DNA of 57,820 nucleotides. Origin: a virus (Duplodnaviria; Caudoviricetes). Below the pieces are notes generated by a model, which saw nothing but the letters and a program-made list of their open reading frames with translations, did not search any database and was not told the DNA's origin. The translations under genes were made by a program, and so were the position numbers. The stretch spans positions 1 to 57,820 of the IMG/VR virus record IMGVR_UViG_3300023500_000004. The stretch is one strand, 5' to 3'. Below, one piece after another: positions 1 to 10,215 of this stretch (positions are counted from its first letter, which is position 1; every line of letters starts with the position of its first letter).

Positions 1-436
1 TAATTCTGATGGAACTGGAACAGATGCTACAGCTCATATGATTACAGGTTATGAACTGTTCAAAGACTCTATGCGTAGAAAGAACATACCTTACCTTGTA
101 ATGCATTTTAAGAGAACAGAGGATGGTGTTATAGCTGTTGGCCCAGATCTAGACTTTAGTAATAAGAGTGGTTGTTTAATACAAACACAATGGGACTTCG
201 CAGATTCAACAGCTAGCGGCAAGTTTGGAACACCCTTTCAAGCCTATAGATTACCAAGATTGTTTACACCAACAATAGCAGCTTCTACATTAGACTTAGG
301 GTTTAGTGTTATTAGCACAAAGAATAAACTTAGAGGTAGTGGCAGGAGTTTTAGTATGAGATTGAATACAGAAGCTGGGAAGGATTGCCATGTATATGGC
401 TGGGGTATAAATGTAGGAGGTAATACAAATGTCTGA
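1..436 (+). CDS. Tail tubular protein B (nozzle)-like, C-terminal part; 5' truncated by window
   Basis: Frame is open from base 2. C-terminus KNKLRGSGRSFSMRLNTEAGKDCHVYGWG resembles podovirus nozzle proteins; it precedes gp13/gp14-like genes. Confidence 0.55.
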   Translation, partial: NSDGTGTDATAHMITGYELFKDSMRRKNIPYLVMHFKRTEDGVIAVGPDLDFSNKSGCLIQTQWDFADSTASGKFGTPFQAYRLPRLFTPTIAASTLDLGFSVISTKNKLRGSGRSFSMRLNTEAGKDCHVYGWGINVGGNTNV

Positions 437-746
437 TATTAAGCATCCTACTATATATAAAGATGAAGATATTGAATTATTCTTAGAAACTCATCCATAT
501 TGGAAATTACTAATACATTGTTATGTTGCTAAATGGAATAGAACAAATTACTTTAAGTTTATACATTTATGGCTGGAGTTATCAGAACAATTAAAAAATA
601 AGGGTTTTGAATATATATATGCTGCTGTGTTAAGAAGTGATGAAAAACTAAAGAAGTTTGCAGAGATGTTTGGTTTCAAGACTACAGGTACATTTCTTAA
701 AGATAATGAAAAGAATGAAAGAGAGGTTTTTAAATGTTCTCTATAA
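429..746 (+). CDS. Small GNAT-fold-like virion assembly protein (T7 gp13-like position)
   Basis: 105 aa with KLKKFAEMFGF acetyltransferase-like motif; lies between nozzle and internal proteins. Confidence 0.45.
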   Translation: MSDIKHPTIYKDEDIELFLETHPYWKLLIHCYVAKWNRTNYFKFIHLWLELSEQLKNKGFEYIYAAVLRSDEKLKKFAEMFGFKTTGTFLKDNEKNEREVFKCSL

Positions 747-1246
747 AACATTTTTATGAAGATCCTGGAACTATAGCAGTTATAGCGTTAGGAATATCTG
801 CAGTAAGTACTGCTGTTAGTATAGATCAACAACGTTCTGCTGCTCGTAGCAGTAAGAAAGCTCGTAAAGCACAAGAGCGTATACAAGCTATTAAGACAGC
901 TAGAGAGAGAAGACAGCAAGTTAGACAGAGTATTGTAGCTAGAGCACAAGCAGAAGCACAAGGACAAGCTACTGGCACTAGTCGTAGCTCTAGTATTAGT
1001 CAAGCTAAAGACTCTGTACAAAGCCAGTTAGCTGGCAATATAAGCTTCTTAGATAATGTAACAGCTCTAAATAAACAGACATCTATATTCCAGCAACAAG
1101 CTGCTGATGCTACAAGTAGAGCTGGTGTAGCTAGTGCTATATCTGGTATAGCTTTATCAGGAGGTAGTTTATTTGGTTCTCCTACTCCTACAAAATCTAA
1201 TACACCAGCTCCTACAAAACCTAAGACACCAGCAGGACCAAAATAA
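734..1246 (+). CDS. Small internal virion/ejection protein (gp14-like)
   Basis: Hydrophobic N-terminus followed by Ala/Gln/Ser-rich helix; synteny. Confidence 0.55.
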   Translation: MFSIKHFYEDPGTIAVIALGISAVSTAVSIDQQRSAARSSKKARKAQERIQAIKTARERRQQVRQSIVARAQAEAQGQATGTSRSSSISQAKDSVQSQLAGNISFLDNVTALNKQTSIFQQQAADATSRAGVASAISGIALSGGSLFGSPTPTKSNTPAPTKPKTPAGPK

Positions 1247-4200
1247 TGGCTGATCAAATAAATACAACAGCTAATAAAGCTATAGATCAAGGAGCCTCAT
1301 TACAAGATGTACAGGCTTTAGCTCCTAGTGCTGGTGTACAAGATGCTACTGTAGCTACGCTACAGCAGACAGCAGAAGTTAATAAACAGTTCTCCACAGA
1401 GACAACAAAACAAAACTCATTACAAGCTTTTGCAACACCAGATGTTATTGATTCAATAACTGGTGAAAGAGTTAATGTGTTTACACACCCTGAAGAATTT
1501 ATACAAGGTGCTAGAAAGAAAGAGAGTGAAGTTAGAAAGCTGTTTGCTTTAAGGAGGATTAACACTCCTGAAATAGACCCTAAAGAAATATTCATGCAAG
1601 CTAAAGTTGATGTTGATAAGGGTAATAGTAAACAACTTGTGCAAGATGAAATCTTGTCTTATTCAGCTAAACAAGAACAGGCTGCTTTAGCGGCAGCTAA
1701 TGAAGTTTCTATTAATGATCCTGAGTCTATAAATGCTAGTGCTTCTATTCTCTCCAACCTAGATGAGTTTAAAGCTAAGTTCAATGAACCTGATGCTTAT
1801 CAGCAAGTGTTAGTTGATAACAATGCACCTGAATCTTTACCAAGTATAAATGCTAGACGTTCTGCTGTTAAAGGCAGAGCCTATGAGATACTGGATGATT
1901 TGAATGATAGTAATGATCTATTAGACTCTACATTAAATGTTATAGGTTTGTTTGGGCCCGATTATATTAAAGATGTATCAGACGCTTTTAACGACGGCCC
2001 TTTAGGTAGTTTGTCAAGTTTTTCAGAGTTTGCTAGAAACTTTAACCTAAGAGATCCTGAAGAACAGGCAGTTCTTGTAGAAGAGGTTGTACCGTCTTTC
2101 TGGAAAGCTTTTGATGGTAATGGTTTAAAAGTTGCTGCAGCATTAACCACCTTGTTTGATGAAGGTAATACAGATGCAAATATAGGTATTGGTGTTCTAA
2201 CCGATGCTATGAGTGTGTTTGATGTAAAAGCTTTTATAACAACTGGGAGAAGTTGGTTAGCTGCTAGATCTTTAGCTAAACAGCAAGTTGATTCTGGTGC
2301 TATAGAAGAAGGTGCTAGACTACAAGCCGCTGCTGGTGCTGAGGATAAACAGATAGCAGAAGCTATTGGAACAACAAAACAAGATGTAGCACACTCTCTA
2401 AACCCTGCAGACACCTCTTTAGTTGATGATGGTACTAGCTTGCAAGGCGTTGCAGGAGAGATGGACTCAGTCATAAACCAACAGACTAAAGTCTTTACAG
2501 AAGAACTCTTACCTATAGCTGGTAATAAACTCCCTAGAGGGGAGATGAAAGTTGTATTTAGAGAGAAGAATCAATTACAACAAAAAATAGCTCAACTAAA
2601 TAAAGAAAAAGAGTTTGTAACTTCTAGCGGTGTTAAAAGTGGGCATAAGGTTGCACAGTCTAGAACTAGACAATTAAAAGATATAAACCAAGATATAGCT
2701 AGAAATGAAGAACAACTTAAAATAGTTAAAGAAAAGATTAATGCTAATAAAGCTCCTGTACAAGCAGAAGCAGACTTATCTAGGCTTGAGCAAGGTGTTA
2801 TACCACCACAATTTAAAGAAAGGTTTGATTCTGCTGTTGAGTCTGTTAAGACAGAAAATAGAGTAAAAGCGACTGCTGCCAAAGCAGAAGTAAAACCTAC
2901 ACCTTTAAAAGAAGATGAAGCAGCTATACAGAATATAGGTGTTGTAATACCAAAAGCGCAAACTGTAGTTGATGAAGTTAGTAAATTAATAGATGACATT
3001 ATACGACCACAAGCCTTTACACCAGAAGAACAAACTAGGGCTATAGCTAAAGCAGAAGAGAGCTTGCAGACAGAACTCACTGAAGCGGGACAGTCTATAA
3101 ACTCTATGTCAGTTATTAGTAAAGATGGTGAAGGTACAGTTATTAAATACACCACAACAAGTGGTGAGGGTGAGAGACTTGTTAAATTCACTAGGGAAGA
3201 TACCGGTACATTTATAGCAGAGGGCGCTAGTAAAGACATAAAACAGAGATGGATTGTACATTTTAATAAATTCTTAACTCCTGACCTATTAACAGAACAA
3301 ATAGCACCCAAGCTGGTAAAGGATGTTACATTTGCAGGGCAACAATCTGCTAAACTACAAAAGGGTTTGGTTAAGATATGGGTAGATGCTGAAGCAGGGT
3401 TAACTAAAAATCAAAAGTTTGAAGTTAATGCTATATTGCAAGCTGGTGATGAAGAAGGTGAAGTATTTTCTATAGCTAAACTTAGAGAGGGGTTAGTAGA
3501 GACAACACTTGGTAATCCTAAATTCACTGACAGACAGATAGAATCTTATTATCAGAAGAGAGCTTTCTATGATTCTTTACATGATGTGCGTAACGGTGTA
3601 TTAAGAGCTGAGTTATTACAACTTGGTTATAAAGATTTAGAATATGTATTTAATGGAGAAGTTAAACATCTACTAGGTAGACCTAAAAAGAACTTTGATT
3701 TGTCTGGTGTCAAAGATAATGATGCTATATTCTTACCTGAAGAAGCTAATCAATTTGTAGCAAAAGCCTCTGTAGCTAAAAGGTCAGAACAGTTAAAGCA
3801 AGAGGGCTATGAAGTAGTAGAGTTGTTTGAACCTATAACTTTAAAGTCTGGTGCAACTGTTGATACAGCTTTAGTTAGACGTTCTAGTAAATGGAGTGGT
3901 GTACCAGATAAAGTTTTAAATAAACCTGTTGGTTACACTCCAAGAATATATAGAAAGGGTATGACATATGTAAGAGATATGGATTCTGGTGAAACTCTAT
4001 ATGCCTTTATAAAGAAAGATGAGGCTAAAGCTTGGGCTGAGAACCTTGGTGGTAATGTTAGAGTCTTTGAGGACAGAGAGTTTAATGCTGTAGCTCGTAC
4101 AATAGAAGATTCTAAAGCTTTTGGTGGGTTGTATACAGGTAGCCGTAAACGCAGACCTCTTATGGTTAAACATGGCGATAAAGAATTTAGACCAGATAGG

Positions 4201-6147
4201 ATGTCTACAGGTAATGCTACAGAGAGATATATACAAAACATATCAACTATCGTGCCACTAAATGAATACCGTTTAGCAACTCTAGATAAATGGAAGAATA
4301 CAGTTAATCAATTAGCTAAAGCTGGTAGAGGTACTGGTTTAAAAGAACAGAGGTTTGACTCTGTAATAGATTTAGATGCTGACATTAAACTTGGTATGGA
4401 ACAACTAAGAGATTCTATACGTACAACCGTTGGTATGCAGTCTAAAGAAGAAAGGGTTAGTGAAAAGATTATGTTGGGAGCTGCTAATATAATGGAAGGT
4501 AAGCCCTTTCTAGCTCCTATAAAGAACTGGACTCTTAACCATTCTGCTGGAAAGCCTACTAGCTGGCTTAAAGCTAGAACACATGACTTGTTATTAGGCA
4601 TGTACAACCCAAGACAAGTCTGGGTACAGATGCAGAATGCTACATTAGCTATGTCTATTAGTCCTAAACATGCCCTACCAGCAATGGGTGAGACATTAGC
4701 TCTAAGAGCTATAGTACACTTACCAGAGAAAGAAGCAGCAGAAGCTGGTAAGATCATGGGTTTGGGTGATGACGTATTAGAGAGTTTAGCTCAGTATAAG
4801 AAGAGTGGCTTAACTGCCTCTATCACAAGACAAGGTGACTTTGGTTCTGTAGAACAGGGTGTTGCACATAGCAGTTTTGATGCTGTACACAAGTTAGCTA
4901 AAGGTGGTAAGATATTCTTTAATGCTGGTGAAAACTTCTCACGACAAGTCAGTTGGAATATAGCTAGAAGAAAATGGAAAGAACTTAATCCTGGAAAAGC
5001 TATAAAGGATGGAGATATAGTTGATATAAGCCAAGATGCTCTACGTATGCTATTAAACATGCAAAAAGAGAATTCAGCTTGGTGGCAAACAGCCCCAGTG
5101 TTAGGTAATATGACACAGTTCTTTCAAGTTGAAGCTAAGTTCTTAGAGAATGTTATGCCTAGAGTTATGGGTGGTAGTTCTAATTGGACTAGAGCAGAAA
5201 AGGTTAGGGCTGTAGCTGGTCAGGTGTTACTATATGGAACAGTTGGTGTACCTGTAGCAGAGGAGTCGGTTAAGTTTGTAGCTTCTCTACTCGATCAAAC
5301 TCCTGAAGAGTTTATAAAAGAGCATCCTAATTATACACAGAGTATTAATGAAGGGTTTATGGGTATGCTGGGAATTATGACAGGTACAGAAGACTTAGCT
5401 CCTGGTAAGAATCTTAGCTTGGTACAAGGATTGTTTAATGATAATGTTATATCTGATTTAGCTAAAGGCGTTAGTGCTATGGCTACTGGTCACTATAGTG
5501 ATCAAAGATTTGTAGAAACTTTAACAGGAGCTGGTGCTACAACTATAAAAAGAATAGGTGATGTAGCTTCTACATTGGTTAGCTCCTTACACACACTATA
5601 TGAAGTTCCTACATTAGATGTAGCTTATGGAGCTTTATTAAGCAATGCTGATAGTGTAGCAGCTTTAACAAGTACATGGACACAAGCTAGAAAAGTTGTG
5701 TGGTTGCATAGCACTGGTAACTTAATGTCTAGTAGAGGTAAGGTTATAGCCACAAAAGAAGAGTTGGGAGAGTTGAATCTACAGACACAACTTGGTATGG
5801 TTATGGGTATTACAACTGACATAGAGAGAGACTTCTATGCTAGTAAAATAGATAGTAAGAAAGCTATGCAATATAAGAAAGATGTTCAACAAGAGTTGCA
5901 GAGAGCACAGCTTAATTATTTAACTACAGGTAATCTAGAAGCTTTTAGAGCTAATAAAGCCTGGCTTATGGCTCCTTATTCTCCCATAGAGAGACAAGAA
6001 CTAAACAATTCATTAATAGATTCTATACGAGATGCTAAGTCCGGTGTAGGTAAGGAAGTTAGATTTATGCAAAAATCTTATTTAGATTCAGGTGGTAGAG
6101 TTGAACCAACTACAGCACAGATGCAATTAAAGGAGAGAGTTAAGTAA
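1246..6147 (+). CDS. Large internal virion (DNA ejection) protein
   Basis: 1633 aa, helical/coiled-coil, TAATG-coupled to neighbours in the virion-core block. Confidence 0.6.
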   Translation: MADQINTTANKAIDQGASLQDVQALAPSAGVQDATVATLQQTAEVNKQFSTETTKQNSLQAFATPDVIDSITGERVNVFTHPEEFIQGARKKESEVRKLFALRRINTPEIDPKEIFMQAKVDVDKGNSKQLVQDEILSYSAKQEQAALAAANEVSINDPESINASASILSNLDEFKAKFNEPDAYQQVLVDNNAPESLPSINARRSAVKGRAYEILDDLNDSNDLLDSTLNVIGLFGPDYIKDVSDAFNDGPLGSLSSFSEFARNFNLRDPEEQAVLVEEVVPSFWKAFDGNGLKVAAALTTLFDEGNTDANIGIGVLTDAMSVFDVKAFITTGRSWLAARSLAKQQVDSGAIEEGARLQAAAGAEDKQIAEAIGTTKQDVAHSLNPADTSLVDDGTSLQGVAGEMDSVINQQTKVFTEELLPIAGNKLPRGEMKVVFREKNQLQQKIAQLNKEKEFVTSSGVKSGHKVAQSRTRQLKDINQDIARNEEQLKIVKEKINANKAPVQAEADLSRLEQGVIPPQFKERFDSAVESVKTENRVKATAAKAEVKPTPLKEDEAAIQNIGVVIPKAQTVVDEVSKLIDDIIRPQAFTPEEQTRAIAKAEESLQTELTEAGQSINSMSVISKDGEGTVIKYTTTSGEGERLVKFTREDTGTFIAEGASKDIKQRWIVHFNKFLTPDLLTEQIAPKLVKDVTFAGQQSAKLQKGLVKIWVDAEAGLTKNQKFEVNAILQAGDEEGEVFSIAKLREGLVETTLGNPKFTDRQIESYYQKRAFYDSLHDVRNGVLRAELLQLGYKDLEYVFNGEVKHLLGRPKKNFDLSGVKDNDAIFLPEEANQFVAKASVAKRSEQLKQEGYEVVELFEPITLKSGATVDTALVRRSSKWSGVPDKVLNKPVGYTPRIYRKGMTYVRDMDSGETLYAFIKKDEAKAWAENLGGNVRVFEDREFNAVARTIEDSKAFGGLYTGSRKRRPLMVKHGDKEFRPDRMSTGNATERYIQNISTIVPLNEYRLATLDKWKNTVNQLAKAGRGTGLKEQRFDSVIDLDADIKLGMEQLRDSIRTTVGMQSKEERVSEKIMLGAANIMEGKPFLAPIKNWTLNHSAGKPTSWLKARTHDLLLGMYNPRQVWVQMQNATLAMSISPKHALPAMGETLALRAIVHLPEKEAAEAGKIMGLGDDVLESLAQYKKSGLTASITRQGDFGSVEQGVAHSSFDAVHKLAKGGKIFFNAGENFSRQVSWNIARRKWKELNPGKAIKDGDIVDISQDALRMLLNMQKENSAWWQTAPVLGNMTQFFQVEAKFLENVMPRVMGGSSNWTRAEKVRAVAGQVLLYGTVGVPVAEESVKFVASLLDQTPEEFIKEHPNYTQSINEGFMGMLGIMTGTEDLAPGKNLSLVQGLFNDNVISDLAKGVSAMATGHYSDQRFVETLTGAGATTIKRIGDVASTLVSSLHTLYEVPTLDVAYGALLSNADSVAALTSTWTQARKVVWLHSTGNLMSSRGKVIATKEELGELNLQTQLGMVMGITTDIERDFYASKIDSKKAMQYKKDVQQELQRAQLNYLTTGNLEAFRANKAWLMAPYSPIERQELNNSLIDSIRDAKSGVGKEVRFMQKSYLDSGGRVEPTTAQMQLKERVK

Positions 6148-7934
6148 TGGCTACATTTCAAAAGAATTTAAGTGATCCAAATATAACATCCTCTCCAACA
6201 GGAGGTGTGGTAGATAATTCAACTGCTGCAGGTATTGGTGGACTATCTAGTATATTAAATACATTAGGTAAGATAAATAATAAAAATAATGCAGCAGCAG
6301 CTAGACAAGCTAACATAGATAGACAACAAGCCAATAGAGCTGAAGATAAAGCTTTTAAACTTGCTCAAGGTAAGGGTGTTGGTGACGCTACATCTAACCT
6401 ATTAGATTTAAATGATGCTAAACTTAATGAGCAGCTTCAAAGAAGAGATTTAAATAATGAAGTTATTAGTTTATCTAAAGATGGAATAACTCCACAAGAA
6501 CAAAAAAGAATAGATGCTATAAGTAAACAAGTGGATAAGCTTAGCTTATTAGATCCTACAAGATTTGCATTAAGAAAGAATGCTTTGCAGAAGCAAGCTT
6601 TGAGTGATGTATCTAATTTAGCCATACAACCACAGATAAATGCTTTATTTAATTCTGGTGTCAGTTCTATTACAGAGCCTAAGAGCGATGCTAAGAAAGA
6701 GCTTACAGACTTTATGGATAAGCATTATGGCATTGGTAATTATAATGCCACAGACATTGCTAGAGAGCAGGGTAAGGCTATATATTTAAATAACCTAAAC
6801 CAGCAAGCAAAGCATAACTTCACAGCAATAGCTGATCAAGGCAGTTTAGCATTCTCTCATATATCAGATGCTTCAATTAGAGTGTTGAATAATAAGATAG
6901 CTTCACAAGGTTTCATTACAGAAGACGATAGAAATATATATATATCTAGTATATCATCTGCATTACGTTCTGCAAAGAACGAAGTGGAACAAACAGTTTT
7001 GGGTTATAGAAAACAAGGTAGGGATTTGAGTGTAACTGGAGATGTGTTTGGTGAGACAGGTAGTGGTGTTGATATTAGTGGACAAGCTAAGAAATTCATG
7101 GATGATTTAAATAGTTCAGCATCTAGTATGCTTTCATTAGTTAAGGGGGAAGGAGCTTTAGGAGATAGGATAGGAGCTAAACAAGTTTTAACAGATGCCT
7201 CTACTATAGTTAAGAAATTGAATGAGCTTAAGAATCCTAAACTTGCAGCTATATCAACGTCTATTATGGGGTCTGGTAATGGTGATATGATTAGTATGGC
7301 AGCTAATATGTTACAGAGTGATGATAGAGTGTTTCAAGCAGCTATAGACACCCTGCCACCAGAACTTCAAAAGAATACAAGTATATCTGATATTAAATCA
7401 TCTTATGCACAGATATTATTAGCAGCACATAATGCTGTAGACATTAAAGATGCTGCAGAGAAAGGATTGGTTAATCCTCATGTAGCTTTATTAGTTAGTT
7501 CAGATAGCCTAAATAAGGTTACAACAACTAAAGATGCTAACAGTTTTATTAAAAGCCTAGAACTTAGTAAATTTAATGATGTTGAAAGTGTTATGGATAG
7601 ATTGTTACAAGTCAGTGTAATTAATAATATACAGAATAATAAAGCAGATATATTACCAATAGTTAGGCATATAAAAGACGAAATTGACAACCAATTAACA
7701 GACTCTGAAAGAGCTGCTTTACAAGTAAATAAAGATACAGGTGCATTAGAAATAAAATCTTTAACTGCACAGGATAGACTTAAAACTAGTAAGTTCTTCT
7801 TGTATACAAATAAACTTCTATCTAAATTTAATACTTTATTAGATAACTATTCTGGTAATTTACCAGATAAGCAGAAGTTTTATGGTGAGTTGTTGGGTAA
7901 TAAGCAAGAAGGAGTAGTTAATAATGGACAATAA
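6147..7934 (+). CDS. Putative internal virion protein
   Basis: 595 aa helical protein with Gly-rich N-terminal patch; synteny. Confidence 0.5.
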   Translation: MATFQKNLSDPNITSSPTGGVVDNSTAAGIGGLSSILNTLGKINNKNNAAAARQANIDRQQANRAEDKAFKLAQGKGVGDATSNLLDLNDAKLNEQLQRRDLNNEVISLSKDGITPQEQKRIDAISKQVDKLSLLDPTRFALRKNALQKQALSDVSNLAIQPQINALFNSGVSSITEPKSDAKKELTDFMDKHYGIGNYNATDIAREQGKAIYLNNLNQQAKHNFTAIADQGSLAFSHISDASIRVLNNKIASQGFITEDDRNIYISSISSALRSAKNEVEQTVLGYRKQGRDLSVTGDVFGETGSGVDISGQAKKFMDDLNSSASSMLSLVKGEGALGDRIGAKQVLTDASTIVKKLNELKNPKLAAISTSIMGSGNGDMISMAANMLQSDDRVFQAAIDTLPPELQKNTSISDIKSSYAQILLAAHNAVDIKDAAEKGLVNPHVALLVSSDSLNKVTTTKDANSFIKSLELSKFNDVESVMDRLLQVSVINNIQNNKADILPIVRHIKDEIDNQLTDSERAALQVNKDTGALEIKSLTAQDRLKTSKFFLYTNKLLSKFNTLLDNYSGNLPDKQKFYGELLGNKQEGVVNNGQ

Positions 7935-8160
7935 GGGACAAGATGTAGGGTATATAATGGGTAAGCTTGAGAGTATGGAGAAACGAATTGAGAAACAAGA
8001 GAGAACCTTAGATGAAATCGAAGATAAACTTGACGAGATCAGCAAACAGCTTAGTGGTTATAGACATGCTATTACTTTTGTTCGTTCTTTATTATGGATT
8101 GGAGTTGCTGTGATTACTCTTAAACTTGGTGATATACCAGCTATTTGGAGTGGTAAATAA
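7924..8160 (+). CDS. Holin/XhlA-like membrane protein
   Basis: 78 aa, N-terminal coiled coil plus one C-terminal hydrophobic helix. Confidence 0.45.
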   Translation: MDNKGQDVGYIMGKLESMEKRIEKQERTLDEIEDKLDEISKQLSGYRHAITFVRSLLWIGVAVITLKLGDIPAIWSGK

Positions 8161-10187
8161 TGGCTAAAATAGTTTTAAATAATATAGCAAGTGGTTTTGC
8201 TTCCACTGGTTTAATCAATACAAATAATGATGCTATAGAAGCAGAACTTAATAACAACGTATTATATAGAAATAATCCAACTGGTGAACCTAATCAGATG
8301 GAAAATGAGTTGGATATGAACTCCAACAAAATTACAAATCTAAAAGCTGGTGTAGCTAATTCAGATGCTGTTACAATAGCACAGCTTAATGGGGCTGCTG
8401 TAAACACTGGTGTCATTGCTGTTCAAACAGAAACACAACTAGGTTCAGATGCTGTTGGGCAACGTTTTACGTTGTCTGGTATTAGCTTTGATTCTGCTAC
8501 AGTTAATCTTGTAGTGTACATAAACGGAGTCAATGCTACAGAGGGTAAGGATTATACACTAACGTCACCTAATATAGTTGATTGGATTGGAAGCTTTAAC
8601 ACTTCAGACTTCTTTAAGTTTCAAACAAATACACAGACTACTAACTCTACTACAACTACAGCAGCAGTTACGCACACGGTTGATGGAACAGCAACCAACC
8701 TTGCAACTTATTTGCAGAATCAGAGGGTTGTTAACGCCGAAGATTTTAGAGGTGCAGCATTAACCGATACGCAGACAGTTCAAGCAGCGGTGGACTATTG
8801 TATAACTAACGATACTGACTTAAACGTAGATAGGATTTATACATTAACATCATCTATTAATATAGATAGACAGGTTGATGGCCCTACTTTTGACCACTAT
8901 TTTACTATCAAACAAAGTAATGGCGGTGGATTTAGAGTTAGCACAGCAATACCAATGTTCTCAACAACTATTTCATTCACTACAGCGCCAGTAAGCCAGT
9001 TAATTAAGTTTAAAGATTTATTACTAGAATCAACAAACTCTGCTTTAGCTGCTTATGTATTAGATGATGCAAAGTTTTTACGTGTAGTATTTGATAACTG
9101 CTCTTTTAGAAAGATTAAATGTTTATCTGCACCTACTGTTCATACTCAGTCTATATATTTCTTGGGAGGCCAAGCTAGGCGACATGTAGGGACATTCTTT
9201 AGTAGCCAACTAACATCATTTGATATAATGGCTACAGGTTTATTGGTAGAAGCAGGTACTACCGCCTTTGATCTAAAGCAGGCGGTTGGATGCCGATTCT
9301 TTAATACCATAGAAGGGCAATCTGGTTTCGCTTATAAGATAAATGGATCACAAGCCCTATCTATACAAGGATATTTCGAAGGCAATGGAACAGACCTTGA
9401 TTTATCTTTAGGAGATCACTACGGAGTAAGCTTAAATGGTTGCTATTTCTCAACACCTGTAAACAGTTTCAGTGTTTTATGGGGCCACGCAGTTGGCTGT
9501 TCTTCTACTGGCTGCTATGGTACGGGGGGAGTAGGTTTACATAGCCTTTCTAGCAACAGTGAAGTTGATATAAATGACTTTAATGCTACAACTACCACAA
9601 CCAGCATAGCTGGGTATGCTAGACACGGTAAGCCTTATATGGCTATTGGGTTAAACGCCCCTATTAACCTAGTTGGTGGATCTTCTGCCACCTTTGCGAC
9701 AAGTGTAATGACTGTAACAATAGCTCCTACTGAGGGGGCGTTTGCTGTGGGACAGTATATAAACTCTGTAGGAGTACCTGCACACACTAAGATTGCTAGT
9801 TTAGGAACAGGTTCTGGGGGCACAGGTACTTATAATCTAGACGTGTCTATATCTACACCGATAACAGTAGCACAGGCAGTCACAGTATCTGACACACTAC
9901 ATTTACATAGCGGAGCAAATACTACTCTTGCACTAACAGACGATGTCTTAGGTTCTGGATATGGCGGTGCAGTTAGAGGGTACAGCGTAACAGGTAAAGG
10001 CGGTTTCGTTGAGGTAGGTACTTATAATAATGGAGTTTATTCTCCTGTGATTGTTGTAGATGAAAACAAAGCAACTGCTATAAATAATTTACCTGTTTTT
10101 GCTAATGAAGCGGCGGCTGTTACGGGAGGTATACTAACAAATTCTATATATAAAACTACTACAGGCGAGATAAGGATTAAATTATGA
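8160..10187 (+). CDS. Tail fibre/tailspike 1 with virion-anchoring N-terminus
   Basis: N-terminal NQMENELDMNSNKITNL...DAVT anchor motif; VVNAEDF...DTQTVQAAVD beta-helix cap; C-terminal LPVFANEAAAVTGG motif. Confidence 0.75.
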   Translation: MAKIVLNNIASGFASTGLINTNNDAIEAELNNNVLYRNNPTGEPNQMENELDMNSNKITNLKAGVANSDAVTIAQLNGAAVNTGVIAVQTETQLGSDAVGQRFTLSGISFDSATVNLVVYINGVNATEGKDYTLTSPNIVDWIGSFNTSDFFKFQTNTQTTNSTTTTAAVTHTVDGTATNLATYLQNQRVVNAEDFRGAALTDTQTVQAAVDYCITNDTDLNVDRIYTLTSSINIDRQVDGPTFDHYFTIKQSNGGGFRVSTAIPMFSTTISFTTAPVSQLIKFKDLLLESTNSALAAYVLDDAKFLRVVFDNCSFRKIKCLSAPTVHTQSIYFLGGQARRHVGTFFSSQLTSFDIMATGLLVEAGTTAFDLKQAVGCRFFNTIEGQSGFAYKINGSQALSIQGYFEGNGTDLDLSLGDHYGVSLNGCYFSTPVNSFSVLWGHAVGCSSTGCYGTGGVGLHSLSSNSEVDINDFNATTTTTSIAGYARHGKPYMAIGLNAPINLVGGSSATFATSVMTVTIAPTEGAFAVGQYINSVGVPAHTKIASLGTGSGGTGTYNLDVSISTPITVAQAVTVSDTLHLHSGANTTLALTDDVLGSGYGGAVRGYSVTGKGGFVEVGTYNNGVYSPVIVVDENKATAINNLPVFANEAAAVTGGILTNSIYKTTTGEIRIKL

Positions 10188-10215
10188 CACAAACAAAATT
10201 AGCTTTTAATCAGAT
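10178..10215 (+). repeat. 38-bp exact direct repeat, copy 1 (5' end of tailspike 2)
   Basis: TAAATTATGACACAAACAAAATTAGCTTTTAATCAGAT, identical at 11734-11771. Confidence 0.95.
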